From positions 1,824,001-1,888,000 of the forward strand of contig OZ245011.1 of NCBI GenBank assembly GCA_965223665.1: a DNA stretch of 64,000 nucleotides. Direction: 5' to 3'. How positions within the stretch are numbered: position 1 is the stretch's first letter; each line of letters starts with the position of its first letter. This DNA is from Nitrospinaceae bacterium. GTDB taxonomy: Bacteria > Nitrospinota > Nitrospinia > Nitrospinales > Nitrospinaceae. Under the pieces are notes generated by a model that saw only the letters and a list, made by a program, of their open reading frames with translations, made no database searches and had not been told where the DNA came from. Positions 49,561 to 59,317 of the stretch are shown here, one piece after another. A program made the translations under genes and the position numbers.

Positions 49561-51312
49561 GTGAGTAATTATTATTTATCTACAACCCAAAATGCCGTTA
49601 AAAACTTTTTTAAAAGATTCCCCCTTTACAATTGGAGAGGCGATTTTGCAGGGGGTATTTCGGCAGGCATCATAGCCATTCCTTTGGCTCTCGCCTTTGG
49701 AACACAATCGGGCTTAGGTCCAGTTGCTGGGCTTTATGGAGCCATTTCGTTAGGAATTTTCGCATCCGCTTTTGGAGGAACTCCAACCCAAATTAGCGGA
49801 CCCACGGGGCCTATGGTCGTTGTAGCCGCAATGGTGATCGGAAACTCCATTGAAAAATTTGGGGGATTAGAAGCGGCGTTACCCAATATTATTTTTACTT
49901 TTTTTCTTGCAGGTGTTTTTCAATTTTTGTTTGGGATCATCAAAATAGGAAAATATATCCGCTACATTCCCTACACTGTAGTCTCAGGGTTCATGACGGG
50001 AATTGGGATCATCATCATCCTACTCCAAGTTTTCCCCTTGATGGGAAAGGAATCTCCCAAAGATATAGTTAGTATTTGCACTCACATTTCCGAAGCATTT
50101 CAAAATTTTAAGCCAGAGGTAGCGGTATTGGGAATTGCCACTATTTCAATAATTTATTTGTTTCCTAAAATTACCAGATCCGTTCCCAACATTTTAGTCG
50201 CCCTGATTTCGGTTTCGGTTGTAGCAATATGGACTGACCTGGATGTACCTGTTGTAGGCCAAGTTCCCAACCAACTTCCCGAACTCAAATTGTCTCTGCT
50301 TGCAGATTTTTCTTTATTGGATTTAAAAGATGTTTATCTTCCGGCTCTAACTCTGGCTTTACTGGGTTCCATTGACTCTTTATTAACCTCAGTTATAGCA
50401 GACAATGTGACCAAAATACGACACGATAGCGACAAGGAACTAAAAGGTCAGGGCATTGGGAATATGTTGTCTGCTTTGATCGGTGGGATACCGGGAGCTG
50501 GTACCACAATGTCCACTTTGGTCAACACAAATTCCGGCGCAAGAACTCGACTTTCCGGTCTGGTTCATGGAATCTCATTAATAATTGTGTTGTTAATCGC
50601 GGGAGAATTTGTTGAGAAAATTCCCGTACCGGTTTTGGCGGGAATCCTTATTACCGTAGGAGTGGGAATTATAGATTATAAAGGATTAAAAAATTTAAAA
50701 AATTGGCCAAAAGCAGAAGCTATTGTCATGTTAATTGTTTTGTTTTTGACTGTATTCGTGGATCTCATTGAAGCAGTAGGCATTGGTCTATTTTGTTCCC
50801 TTTTCATATTTATGAAAAAAATGGGAGATATGGTTGAAAACCAGGCAGAAATTTTACCGCTTTCTGAAAAACTTAAATCGCTTGAAAAGCATCCACAGCT
50901 TTTGGCAAATGCCCAGGTTTGCCTTACAGATAATCTCAGAAAAGAAATTTTGGTTAAAAAATTTCAGGGGCCTTTATTTTTTGGAGTGGCAACTACTTTG
51001 CAAGATTTAGCCAAACAGGTAAAAAATATTCGAGTGGTCATCCTGAAAATGAACGAAGTACCTTATATCGATCAAACTGGATTATATGCATTGGAAGAAA
51101 TGGTTATGGAACTAAAAACCCGAAAAATTGCCGTTTTAATCTCGGGCCTCCGTGAACAACCTAACGATATGTTAAGGAAAATTGATTTGATTCCCAGTTT
51201 GGTAAAAGAAAAATTTACTTTTGGAAACTTTTCGGAATGCATTACTTTTTTAACAAAACAAAAACATTTGGAATTTTTAAACGAAGAAAACGAAGAAATG
51301 GAGTTTGCTTGA
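49561..51312 (+). CDS. SulP/SLC26 anion transporter with STAS domain (BicA-like)
   Basis: AIPLALAFG, QISGPTGPM and LGSIDSLLT motifs; GPLFFG and VPYIDQTG STAS motifs. Confidence 0.9.
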   Translation: MSNYYLSTTQNAVKNFFKRFPLYNWRGDFAGGISAGIIAIPLALAFGTQSGLGPVAGLYGAISLGIFASAFGGTPTQISGPTGPMVVVAAMVIGNSIEKFGGLEAALPNIIFTFFLAGVFQFLFGIIKIGKYIRYIPYTVVSGFMTGIGIIIILLQVFPLMGKESPKDIVSICTHISEAFQNFKPEVAVLGIATISIIYLFPKITRSVPNILVALISVSVVAIWTDLDVPVVGQVPNQLPELKLSLLADFSLLDLKDVYLPALTLALLGSIDSLLTSVIADNVTKIRHDSDKELKGQGIGNMLSALIGGIPGAGTTMSTLVNTNSGARTRLSGLVHGISLIIVLLIAGEFVEKIPVPVLAGILITVGVGIIDYKGLKNLKNWPKAEAIVMLIVLFLTVFVDLIEAVGIGLFCSLFIFMKKMGDMVENQAEILPLSEKLKSLEKHPQLLANAQVCLTDNLRKEILVKKFQGPLFFGVATTLQDLAKQVKNIRVVILKMNEVPYIDQTGLYALEEMVMELKTRKIAVLISGLREQPNDMLRKIDLIPSLVKEKFTFGNFSECITFLTKQKHLEFLNEENEEMEFA

Positions 51313-51377
51313 CCTCAGAACCACTAGAATAAACCAAGCTAAAATAAACTCCATTCTTTAACCAACTTTAAAAAACA

Positions 51378-52016
51378 ATGAAACAAAAGACAATTCAATT
51401 AATCATTGCAGAAGGTCACCCCATTTATTTAATTGGATTGATAAATATTTTTAACGAAGTGGCGGATATTCATATCCAGGCAAAAGTTAACAATGAAAAA
51501 GATTTATTCAAGAAACTTAGCGAAAGAAATTTTGATTTAGTTTTACTTGATTCTAATTTGCCGGGCAATTCTTGTTTAGATATTTTAAAAAAATTAAAAA
51601 CTAAATATCCTCGGTTACCCATTTTTGTTTTAAGTAACTCTCCAGAAGAACGTTTTGGGCGAAATATAATGAATGCCAATGCATCAGGTTTTTTGACCAA
51701 AGAAGCGCCAGGTAAACATATTTTAGAAGGCGTTAGAAAAATTGCCGATGGAGGAGTTTTTGTTAGTCCCAGCATACTCGAAAGATTTGCTTTTGATTTT
51801 TCACCTATTAATCAGGTTTTACACGGAACTCTCTCCCGGCGAGAATATCAGGTGTTTTGCTTGATTGCGCGGGGATGTGCTCTGGTGGAAATAGGTGAAA
51901 TATTAAACTTGAGTGTCAAAACCATCAGCACATATCGCACACGAATATTAGAAAAAATGCAAATGAAAAAAAACGCAGAACTCATACATTATGCATTGGA
52001 CCAGAATTTAATTTAA
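51378..52016 (+). CDS. NarL/LuxR-family response regulator with atypical acidic pocket
   Basis: IAEGH in place of xxDDH; LLDSNLP; LSRRE...SVKTISTYRTRILEKM HTH. Confidence 0.9.
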   Translation: MKQKTIQLIIAEGHPIYLIGLINIFNEVADIHIQAKVNNEKDLFKKLSERNFDLVLLDSNLPGNSCLDILKKLKTKYPRLPIFVLSNSPEERFGRNIMNANASGFLTKEAPGKHILEGVRKIADGGVFVSPSILERFAFDFSPINQVLHGTLSRREYQVFCLIARGCALVEIGEILNLSVKTISTYRTRILEKMQMKKNAELIHYALDQNLI

Positions 52017-52220
52017 TCGAATTTATGTATTGCTATTCTTATGTAAAGCTAATCTCAATTCTCCCCCCTAAAAATATTTTAACCAAAAAAACGATTCAGA
52101 AATTTTCCGACATGGTCTTAAGTGGATTTCCTATGCAAGCATTTCAGGAGTCGATTTCCAATTTTATGAGAAAAGGGTCACCCCATCGAATTAAAGAGTT
52201 ATTGTTGAGGAGTAGTTTTT

Positions 52221-52673
52221 ATGGATGAAAAGTCTTTAACCGCTTCCATAGATTTCAACCCCATTATAATTTCCACGAGAATTTGGACGAATATTCTCCA
52301 AATAGAAGGGAAATTGATTCCAAATGTCAGAGAAAAAGAAACAACAATTTATTTATTTCAAACAAGAAATGATCCGCTGGAAGTTGAGGTTCCTGTTCAC
52401 CAATGGGTCCATTTTAGAAATAATTCAATGAATTCCATTTTGAACTTGTCAATACTTTATAAAAAGACCCGAGAAGAAGTATTAACTTTGAAAGAACTCC
52501 CAGCCCAAAAAACAATAGGCCTTGAGTTTAGGAAAGAAGGATTTTTTGAAGTTATTTATTTATTTGCCAACTCTCAAAAGTTTTTGAGACAGTTTATTAA
52601 AGTTATACCTGGTGACCAGGAATCTAAACGACCCTCTCCTAATTTTCACCCTAAATTAAAACCTTTTTGGTAG
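52221..52673 (+). CDS. Hypothetical protein, paralog of 36470..37003
   Basis: GAGGAG RBS; shared motifs with the paralog. Confidence 0.7.
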   Translation: MDEKSLTASIDFNPIIISTRIWTNILQIEGKLIPNVREKETTIYLFQTRNDPLEVEVPVHQWVHFRNNSMNSILNLSILYKKTREEVLTLKELPAQKTIGLEFRKEGFFEVIYLFANSQKFLRQFIKVIPGDQESKRPSPNFHPKLKPFW

Positions 52674-52759
52674 TGCTGTGGTTACTAATTTCTTAAGGAA
52701 AGAAAATAGGAGGTCAGCAGACAACAAAAAGTAAATTCCCACTATATTGAGGCTTATCA

Positions 52760-53521
52760 TTAAAAAAACAGGTCCAGTGTATTCAGGAAGTTTGCCCTTA
52801 ATTGGTGTAATCGTTCTTTTTTAATTTCCAATGTGTCGCGATTGAACCAGGGGTCGGATAAATAGAGTTTGCGGTTCATTTCTATTTGTATCCAGGGCAG
52901 GGGTCGGTACCCGTAAACCCGGGTGATGAAACCACCCGCAAACGGTTTGTTGATGGTAATATCGCTTTCGTTTAATTTAAAAGCGGTTTGAAAGCAGGTT
53001 GCCAGGTGACGGACCGTTTCTTCCGGACAACTTTGATGGTTGTTGCTTCCCAAACAGATTAAAGGGCGCTCGGAGCCTGAGTCCGGTGCAATTTCAGGGC
53101 CTACGGGTTCCATGGTATGACAATCCAGACAAAGCTGGATTCTTTCCGAACTCACAGAAAGATTCATAATATTGTCATGATAGGGTTGGTAGTAATTCTT
53201 TATCAGCGTTTCCGTCAACGCTCCATCCGGGTGTGAATCTTCATGGTAAATCGGTTTTCCATGACAGGTCATGGATTTCACAATACCGTCTGGATTTTTG
53301 GGGGGACGGTCATCGACATCTCGATTTAAATCAACAAACGCCCGGGCAATCGATGTATCCAAAAACGCATCAACGTGATCTTCGATCCCGTAAATTTCTC
53401 TCGTAAAGGCATCTCCATCTTCAAACAAATCAAGTGGAGTGATGCAGGTTCTCCCCTCAAGTTCTTTGGGAGTTTCGCTGCCTCCGTGTGGAATGGAGAT
53501 AAGAACGGGATGTTTAGACAT
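52760..53521 (-). CDS. N-formylglutamate amidohydrolase family protein
   Basis: SIPHGG, RAFVDLNR, YYQPYH, DCHTM, NKPFAGGFIT and QIEMNR motifs. Confidence 0.9.
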   Translation of the reverse strand: MSKHPVLISIPHGGSETPKELEGRTCITPLDLFEDGDAFTREIYGIEDHVDAFLDTSIARAFVDLNRDVDDRPPKNPDGIVKSMTCHGKPIYHEDSHPDGALTETLIKNYYQPYHDNIMNLSVSSERIQLCLDCHTMEPVGPEIAPDSGSERPLICLGSNNHQSCPEETVRHLATCFQTAFKLNESDITINKPFAGGFITRVYGYRPLPWIQIEMNRKLYLSDPWFNRDTLEIKKERLHQLRANFLNTLDLFF

Positions 53522-53524
53522 AAA

Positions 53525-55156
53525 TTAGTATCCCGCGGCGGTGCCGTCTCTCCGGATTTCGGCCACACCCTGGAACTCATTTTTGGTTTGGCATTTCAGA
53601 ACGGCATGGATCGCGCCCAGATAAAATGAATACGGTTCCCTTCGATCCAGTTTATAACCGACCTGTTCCAGATAGCTGAGAATATCCGGGTCGACTCTCT
53701 CCGCTTCAATGCTCAGTTTACCCCCGACAGTACAATGAAACCGTGGTTCCAACATGGCTTCGCCTATGGAAAGACCCGAGTCCACGATATGGGAAATAAA
53801 CTGACTCATCGCAGAAAAGATGCGCTCACTGCCGGGACTTCCCGCCACCAACCAGGGTCTATCTTTATACAACGCTATGACCGGGGCGACCGAACTCCAG
53901 GGAATGGCGTTCGGCCTCAAATAATAAGGATGTGAAGGATCTTGTGTGTCCAGTGAACTCATGTAATTATTGTATATAAATCCTAACCCACGTGCGGCCA
54001 CTTTCGAACCGTATACCAACTCAATTGACTGTGTGATACCGATAGCGTTGCCCTCCTTATCCATAACGGAAAGATGAGTTGTGTCATTTCCCAGGGTAAA
54101 CAGTTCGGTTAAAGGCAGAGAGGGATCGATGCCGTCCCGAATCGTAGAAGAAAGATACCGCGCAAACGTTTGACTCAGTATTTTTTTATCATCCGGCAAC
54201 TGTGAATAAATATTCGGATCGAAAGGACGTTCCTTATGATTCAACAGACCTTTTCTGAAAATTTCCGCCATGAAATGGTACGTCTGCGCATTCCTGCGCT
54301 TCAGTATTTTGGACGGAAGGTTCTTTAAAATTTGCAACACTAAAAGCAAGGTTCGTCCTGCACCAGGCGGTGGGCTGGTAAAAACCTTCAGTTTTCGATA
54401 ACTTCTGCTGATGGGTTTTCTTTCAACCGGCCAGGGAATTAAAGCTAAATCTTCAGCCCGCAAAAACCCTTCATGAAACCGCATGTCTTCATCGATTTGT
54501 TTGGCAATGTCTCCCGTGTAAAACGATTTCACTCCATGGCGAGACAAATGCTCCAGTAGCTGTGCATAATCTTCCTGCACAAACCGGTCCCCCACCGAAT
54601 AGGGAGTGGCGCCATCCTTTAAAAAATATTTCGCTCCGGAAAGCGAGTCCACACTTAGAAATTTTGCGACTTCTCTTTTTTGAAGATCATGCTGAAGTTG
54701 GGTGATGGCGTAACCTTCACGAGCAATACGCAAGGCCGGTTCCAAAATGGTCGACCATTCCAGTTTACCGTAGTGGAAATTCAAATACCCGAGCAAGGCC
54801 GGAGTGCTGGGAACCGTAGTGGCTTTGTAACCTTGAAACCGATGTGTCTTTTTATCGATCCGATCGATATGCGCCAGCGATGGAACGCGACTGGAACCGT
54901 CTAAAGCAATGGTCTTTCCCCGAAAATGAAGGATGGCCATGCTTTGGCCGCCAATTCCGCTTGCCTGCGGTTCACACACTCCCAGCGCAAACGCCGCCGC
55001 GCAGGCCGCGTCAACCGCATTGCCACCCCGTCGCAGCATCTCGACGCCGGCTTCCGTCGCCTCAGGAAATGCTGTTGATACCATACCATTTTCGGCAGCG
55101 GCGCACTTCTTGTCTTCTGTCGGGGAAAACCTGTTTTCAATCTTCTCTAGTTTCAT
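53525..55156 (-). CDS. ggt: Gamma-glutamyltransferase, no signal peptide
   Basis: GGNAVDAA, EPQASGIGG, catalytic DTTHLSV and GSPG motifs. Confidence 0.9.
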   Translation of the reverse strand: MKLEKIENRFSPTEDKKCAAAENGMVSTAFPEATEAGVEMLRRGGNAVDAACAAAFALGVCEPQASGIGGQSMAILHFRGKTIALDGSSRVPSLAHIDRIDKKTHRFQGYKATTVPSTPALLGYLNFHYGKLEWSTILEPALRIAREGYAITQLQHDLQKREVAKFLSVDSLSGAKYFLKDGATPYSVGDRFVQEDYAQLLEHLSRHGVKSFYTGDIAKQIDEDMRFHEGFLRAEDLALIPWPVERKPISRSYRKLKVFTSPPPGAGRTLLLVLQILKNLPSKILKRRNAQTYHFMAEIFRKGLLNHKERPFDPNIYSQLPDDKKILSQTFARYLSSTIRDGIDPSLPLTELFTLGNDTTHLSVMDKEGNAIGITQSIELVYGSKVAARGLGFIYNNYMSSLDTQDPSHPYYLRPNAIPWSSVAPVIALYKDRPWLVAGSPGSERIFSAMSQFISHIVDSGLSIGEAMLEPRFHCTVGGKLSIEAERVDPDILSYLEQVGYKLDRREPYSFYLGAIHAVLKCQTKNEFQGVAEIRRDGTAAGY

Positions 55157-57345
55157 ATATTGAAATTCTTGGAAGATTGATAAATGGTATAAGCGAGAAG
55201 AACCCCGCGGTCGATTAAACTGTCACGCACCACATGCTCATTGTTGGAGCCATAACCTCCAGTGACCGGACCAAATCCATCCAAAGCCGGAATACTATCA
55301 GTCACATTTGCCGTGCAGGAGACGATGCTGTTGTCTGCTTTTTTAACGCGGACTTCCAAAATCTTAGCCATCTTTTCGACTTTTTCAAAAAACTGAAGGG
55401 ATTTTTCCGTTTCCATAAACGGTTTTCTTTGCGCTCCCTTTGTCACATGCACTTTTATACTGTCTTGTGGTTTAGTCGCAAAAATCTGATTGATCTGATC
55501 CTCCAGTTTTTTCCTTTGGTTGGAACTTCGGTAACTCACCATAAAAGACAACGCTGCATGATAAGTTGGCTGGTCTTCCATGCCTTTGGTTTGCAAACCG
55601 GTGATGGAAATATAAATTCCATCCGACTCTGAATTTAGTTTCCTTAAGGAGTTTATTTTCTGGGAAGCATACAGAACCGGATCACTGGCTTCCGCGGATG
55701 CCTTGAGACCTTGCTTGTTTTGTGCACGGTTGATTTCAATTTCATATCTTAAGGTTCCAAAGCAGGAGGTCATAATCTCCCCACTCAACCCGGCGCCTCT
55801 TAGTCCCACCACAAAATTTGATTTTTTTGAAACCTCTTCGATGACCGGTTTGGAGGATCGTTGCCCCAACGATTCATCGGTGATCAACAGAACACCCAAC
55901 TTCACCCTTTTTAAACTTCGAGTGTAACGCAAGGCTTTTATGGCACCCAATAAAACAGCGATGCCGCCTTTTCCCCGCGCCACTCCGGTTCCATACAGGC
56001 GGCCCTTCTCTTCATAGAAAGCGTGGTAGTCTTCAAAATCCACCGGGTTGTCCAGATTTCCTATGATAAGAATATCGTTATGGTCTTCCATATGATTCGT
56101 GAGATATAAAATATTTCCAAACTCCGCTCGCGAGTACACATGCCGATGAAACCCGAGAGCACTCAATTTATTTGCAATCCACCGACCGAGAGAATTGATA
56201 CCTTCAATATTTTGAACATAGGAATTGATATCGACCATTTTTTCAAGGTCGTCTTCCATCGTTTTCAGATTGCCGCGGAGATAACTTCTTAATCGTATTC
56301 GCAGCGGATCTTTTTTGGTTTTGGATTCAGGCTCTTGAACCGCAACTTGATCCAATTGTTGTCCGCCAAAATAACGTTCTACCGCAACATCCAACATTCG
56401 ATTCACCATAGTGTCGTAAGTGTAGCCGGCGACTTCCGCCGCATGAACGTAAGACCCCGTCCGACCAAGACTCGCCATGGAATTCAATTCCAGGATATAT
56501 AATTTGCCTTCACTGTCCATTCGGTAATCGACGCGGCAAAAATCATAGATGCCCAAAACCCGGAAGGTTTCTTTCGTCAGGCGTTGCAGCTCTTCTTTAG
56601 TTTTGTCATCCACTTTAGCAGGACAGATTTTTTCTTTAGGTTTTTTAAGTTTATCCTCGAGGCTTTGAATCGCATCCGGGTCGCCCTGCAGATCAATTTC
56701 AAGAATAGGAAGAATTTCAGGGTTTGTGTTGCCCAACAGTCCGACCGCAAACTCTCTTCCCGGAATAAACTGTTCGACCAAAATAGGTTGTTTAAACTGT
56801 TCCACCAGATCGGCAATGGCGGTTTTTAAAGACGGCAGATCATGGATGACCTGAATCCCCATAGAAACCGCTTCCATTTTCGGTTTTGTAATCACCGGGA
56901 ACGGCATATCCTCAGGAATCTGATCCGCATTATAAAATACCCAGTACGGTGCGGTGGGCAGTCCCGCCGCTTCGATCATCACTTTCGTGGTCACTTTATC
57001 GAGCGCCACTCCATGCCCGGCAGGGCTCGACCCCACATAAGGCACTCCCAGCATTTCAAGTAAGGAAGGAATGTGAGTATAGCGGCTCACTCCCTGGAGG
57101 CCGTAAGCCATGTTGAAAACCATTCCGGGTTGTTCGCCCTGCACCACCCGCGGCATAAAATTCTGCAACTGTTCAATGACATTAATATTACCGTCAATGA
57201 CTCGAACGTTGTGGCCTCCTTTTTCCAAAGCGGAAGCGACTATTTCGACCGTTTTTGGGTTATACGTTTCCTGGTTTTGCATTCCGAAAACGTTGAGCAC
57301 TCCCTGAACGTCTTTGGATTTATTGTAAATGACAGCAACTTTCAT
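55153..57345 (-). CDS. D-Ala-D-Ala-ligase-like ATP-grasp fused to a degenerate M20 peptidase domain
   Basis: LEMLGVPYVGS, DKVTTK, VEQFIPGRE, RVDYR and LELNS; the C-terminal half follows the M20 layout but lacks the metal ligands. Confidence 0.9.
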   Translation of the reverse strand: MKVAVIYNKSKDVQGVLNVFGMQNQETYNPKTVEIVASALEKGGHNVRVIDGNINVIEQLQNFMPRVVQGEQPGMVFNMAYGLQGVSRYTHIPSLLEMLGVPYVGSSPAGHGVALDKVTTKVMIEAAGLPTAPYWVFYNADQIPEDMPFPVITKPKMEAVSMGIQVIHDLPSLKTAIADLVEQFKQPILVEQFIPGREFAVGLLGNTNPEILPILEIDLQGDPDAIQSLEDKLKKPKEKICPAKVDDKTKEELQRLTKETFRVLGIYDFCRVDYRMDSEGKLYILELNSMASLGRTGSYVHAAEVAGYTYDTMVNRMLDVAVERYFGGQQLDQVAVQEPESKTKKDPLRIRLRSYLRGNLKTMEDDLEKMVDINSYVQNIEGINSLGRWIANKLSALGFHRHVYSRAEFGNILYLTNHMEDHNDILIIGNLDNPVDFEDYHAFYEEKGRLYGTGVARGKGGIAVLLGAIKALRYTRSLKRVKLGVLLITDESLGQRSSKPVIEEVSKKSNFVVGLRGAGLSGEIMTSCFGTLRYEIEINRAQNKQGLKASAEASDPVLYASQKINSLRKLNSESDGIYISITGLQTKGMEDQPTYHAALSFMVSYRSSNQRKKLEDQINQIFATKPQDSIKVHVTKGAQRKPFMETEKSLQFFEKVEKMAKILEVRVKKADNSIVSCTANVTDSIPALDGFGPVTGGYGSNNEHVVRDSLIDRGVLLAYTIYQSSKNFNI

Positions 57346-57363
57346 AATGAATTCCCCCAATGA

Positions 57364-58089
57364 TTAAGCCCACTCGAGTGCCTCCAGAGATTTTTTTAAT
57401 TCTGATATATGTTTATATTTTTTAAGAATCAGACTTTTCTTCAGGCCGCAGCAAATATCTTTTACGATTTTGGGTTGTTGAGCATAGTTTTTTTTGCCAC
57501 CTAAAACTTCATAAAAAATATGGATCAACCCGATCAGATCTTCTTTAAAAAATATGGGCTTTGCTGACCCATAGTGGAACAGGTCCAAAAGTTTGAGTTC
57601 CACCGTCAGGCCAAATTTATTAACAATGATATTATCGGTATGCAAATCTCCGTGGTATTCCTTTTTTAAGTGGATTTCTTCAATGCCCTGGGTGAGAGCG
57701 TACAGCAAATGAAGCGCTTTATAAGGTTCCAGCTTGTTTCCCCTAAAGTTTTTCAGAAATTCCGATAAAAGGATACCTTCAACATACTCTGATATTAAAA
57801 CAGAAATTGGGGTTTTTTTAAAAATAATTTCTTCCTGATTCAGATATTGGATGAGTAAAGAACAATTGCGCAGGTGGTAGAGTTTTTTAGCATAGATTTT
57901 GGAGGCTCGCTCCCGGATGTTTCTTTGTGGAAAAAATAACTTGGCAGCTCTTTCTAAACCTGTTTTGGTCTCCCTTACTTTATAGACCTCACCTTCCCAA
58001 CCGGCACCCAGTTTTGAAATCACTTTATATTTCCCGGCAATGGACCTTCCCGGTTGGAGGTTGAATTCATGAATTTGGGGAAATTTCAT
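57364..58089 (-). CDS. Short Ser/Thr protein kinase-like protein
   Basis: GAGWEGEV loop, AAK, HGDLHTDNI, DLF. Confidence 0.85.
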   Translation of the reverse strand: MKFPQIHEFNLQPGRSIAGKYKVISKLGAGWEGEVYKVRETKTGLERAAKLFFPQRNIRERASKIYAKKLYHLRNCSLLIQYLNQEEIIFKKTPISVLISEYVEGILLSEFLKNFRGNKLEPYKALHLLYALTQGIEEIHLKKEYHGDLHTDNIIVNKFGLTVELKLLDLFHYGSAKPIFFKEDLIGLIHIFYEVLGGKKNYAQQPKIVKDICCGLKKSLILKKYKHISELKKSLEALEWA

Positions 58090-58817
58090 TCAAATATCCA
58101 CAAGGCAAATCGAGGTAAAAAGTTGTTTCATTTTAACGAAAAATTTTAAAATAGAACCAAAAAAACAACACCCTCGTCGAAAAAATTATCAAAAAGAGGA
58201 ACCGTTGAGATCTGTAGAAATAAATTAGAAAATGAGAGATTCTGCTTTTCCGAACTTTTCTATAAGGCAGTTTTGGATTTCATTCATTAAAGAAATTTAA
58301 TAAAATCACCCGTTTTACTCAAAATTTTTTTACTTTCGATTATGAATTTTATTGCTTTTCTTTTTAGAAATGTAGGATACTTATTGTCCTTCATCCAATT
58401 CTTTATTAGGAGTTTCCAAAAGTGAATTTGGGAAAGTGTGAATATATAATGAATATCCCTAAACAACTTGGGTTATTCTTCAAACCGGTAATATTCCAGA
58501 CAAACTTTTCCATAGTCGACAAATTGGAACAGACCTACTTTTCCAAAGGGTTCATGTAAAACCCTCTTACCTTCTTTTTTTCTACTTAAAAATTTTTTTG
58601 TTTATCTCAGGTTCATCAATCGTTCACCCGCAAAGAACCCAATAGTTTGTAAACTTTCTTTGGCCTAAGATCCATTTTTCTTTCGGTTAATTCCGATTGT
58701 TTTTCCACAGCCTAATTAAAGAGTAACTTTTTAAGGAGAATGGCACTGCCTAAACGGGGCCGGGCAGACACAACAAAGTGGTTAACTATTTCATTAATTT
58801 TTTTGGAGATCAAACTA

Positions 58818-59006
58818 ATGCCTAAATTTAAATTATTCGCAATTCTTTTCACATTAATGGCTTTTCTTCTTTCAGCTAACCTCGGATTTTCATCCCCACA
58901 AACTCTAGTTGTGGACAATGAAGCTCCGGTAAAATCACTCATCGTTAAAAGTGACGACAAAGACGATGATGATAAAGATGATGATGACCACGAAGAAAAC
59001 AAGTAA
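58818..59006 (+). CDS. Small secreted protein with Asp-rich tail (62 aa)
   Basis: GGAG RBS; signal peptide; SDDKDDDDKDDDDHEENK. Confidence 0.6.
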   Translation: MPKFKLFAILFTLMAFLLSANLGFSSPQTLVVDNEAPVKSLIVKSDDKDDDDKDDDDHEENK

Positions 59007-59115
59007 ACAACCCGGTTTTATTCAGGTTTTTACTTAAGGAAAAAACTGTTTTCCAGGGAGCAGGATGCTCCCCGGAGAGCACTGAACCAATCTTCTCTCA
59101 AGGAGTTCCGATTCA

Positions 59116-59292
59116 ATGAATACCCATGACCAAATAGTGGTTGCTTACAATACTTATGTGGAAGAAAACGATAGCTTCGAACAAAAGAACACCAAAGCCG
59201 CCGCAGCCCGAGCCCGAAAAGCCCTGGCTGAATTAGGAAAACTGGCTAAAACCCGACGCGCCGAAATTCAAGAAAAGAAAAATAATCTTTAA
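59116..59292 (+). CDS. Histone H1-like (Hc1-family-like) small protein, 58 aa, absent from the ORF track
   Basis: AAGGAG RBS; MNTHDQIVVAYNTYVEENDSFEQKNTKAAAARARKALAELGKLAKTRRAEIQEKKNNL. Confidence 0.8.
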   Translation: MNTHDQIVVAYNTYVEENDSFEQKNTKAAAARARKALAELGKLAKTRRAEIQEKKNNL

Positions 59293-59317
59293 TTCCTTGT
59301 CCGTTCTTTTTAATCAT

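Noticed and set aside
55153-57345. Naming this gene ddl
   Set aside because: The M20 fusion and GGT/FGase context argue against a cell-wall D-Ala-D-Ala ligase
58735-58825. Fluoride or ZTP riboswitch-like sequence (GGAGAATGGCA..., GCCGGGCAG)
   Set aside because: The required P1/pseudoknot pairings and consensus spacing are absent
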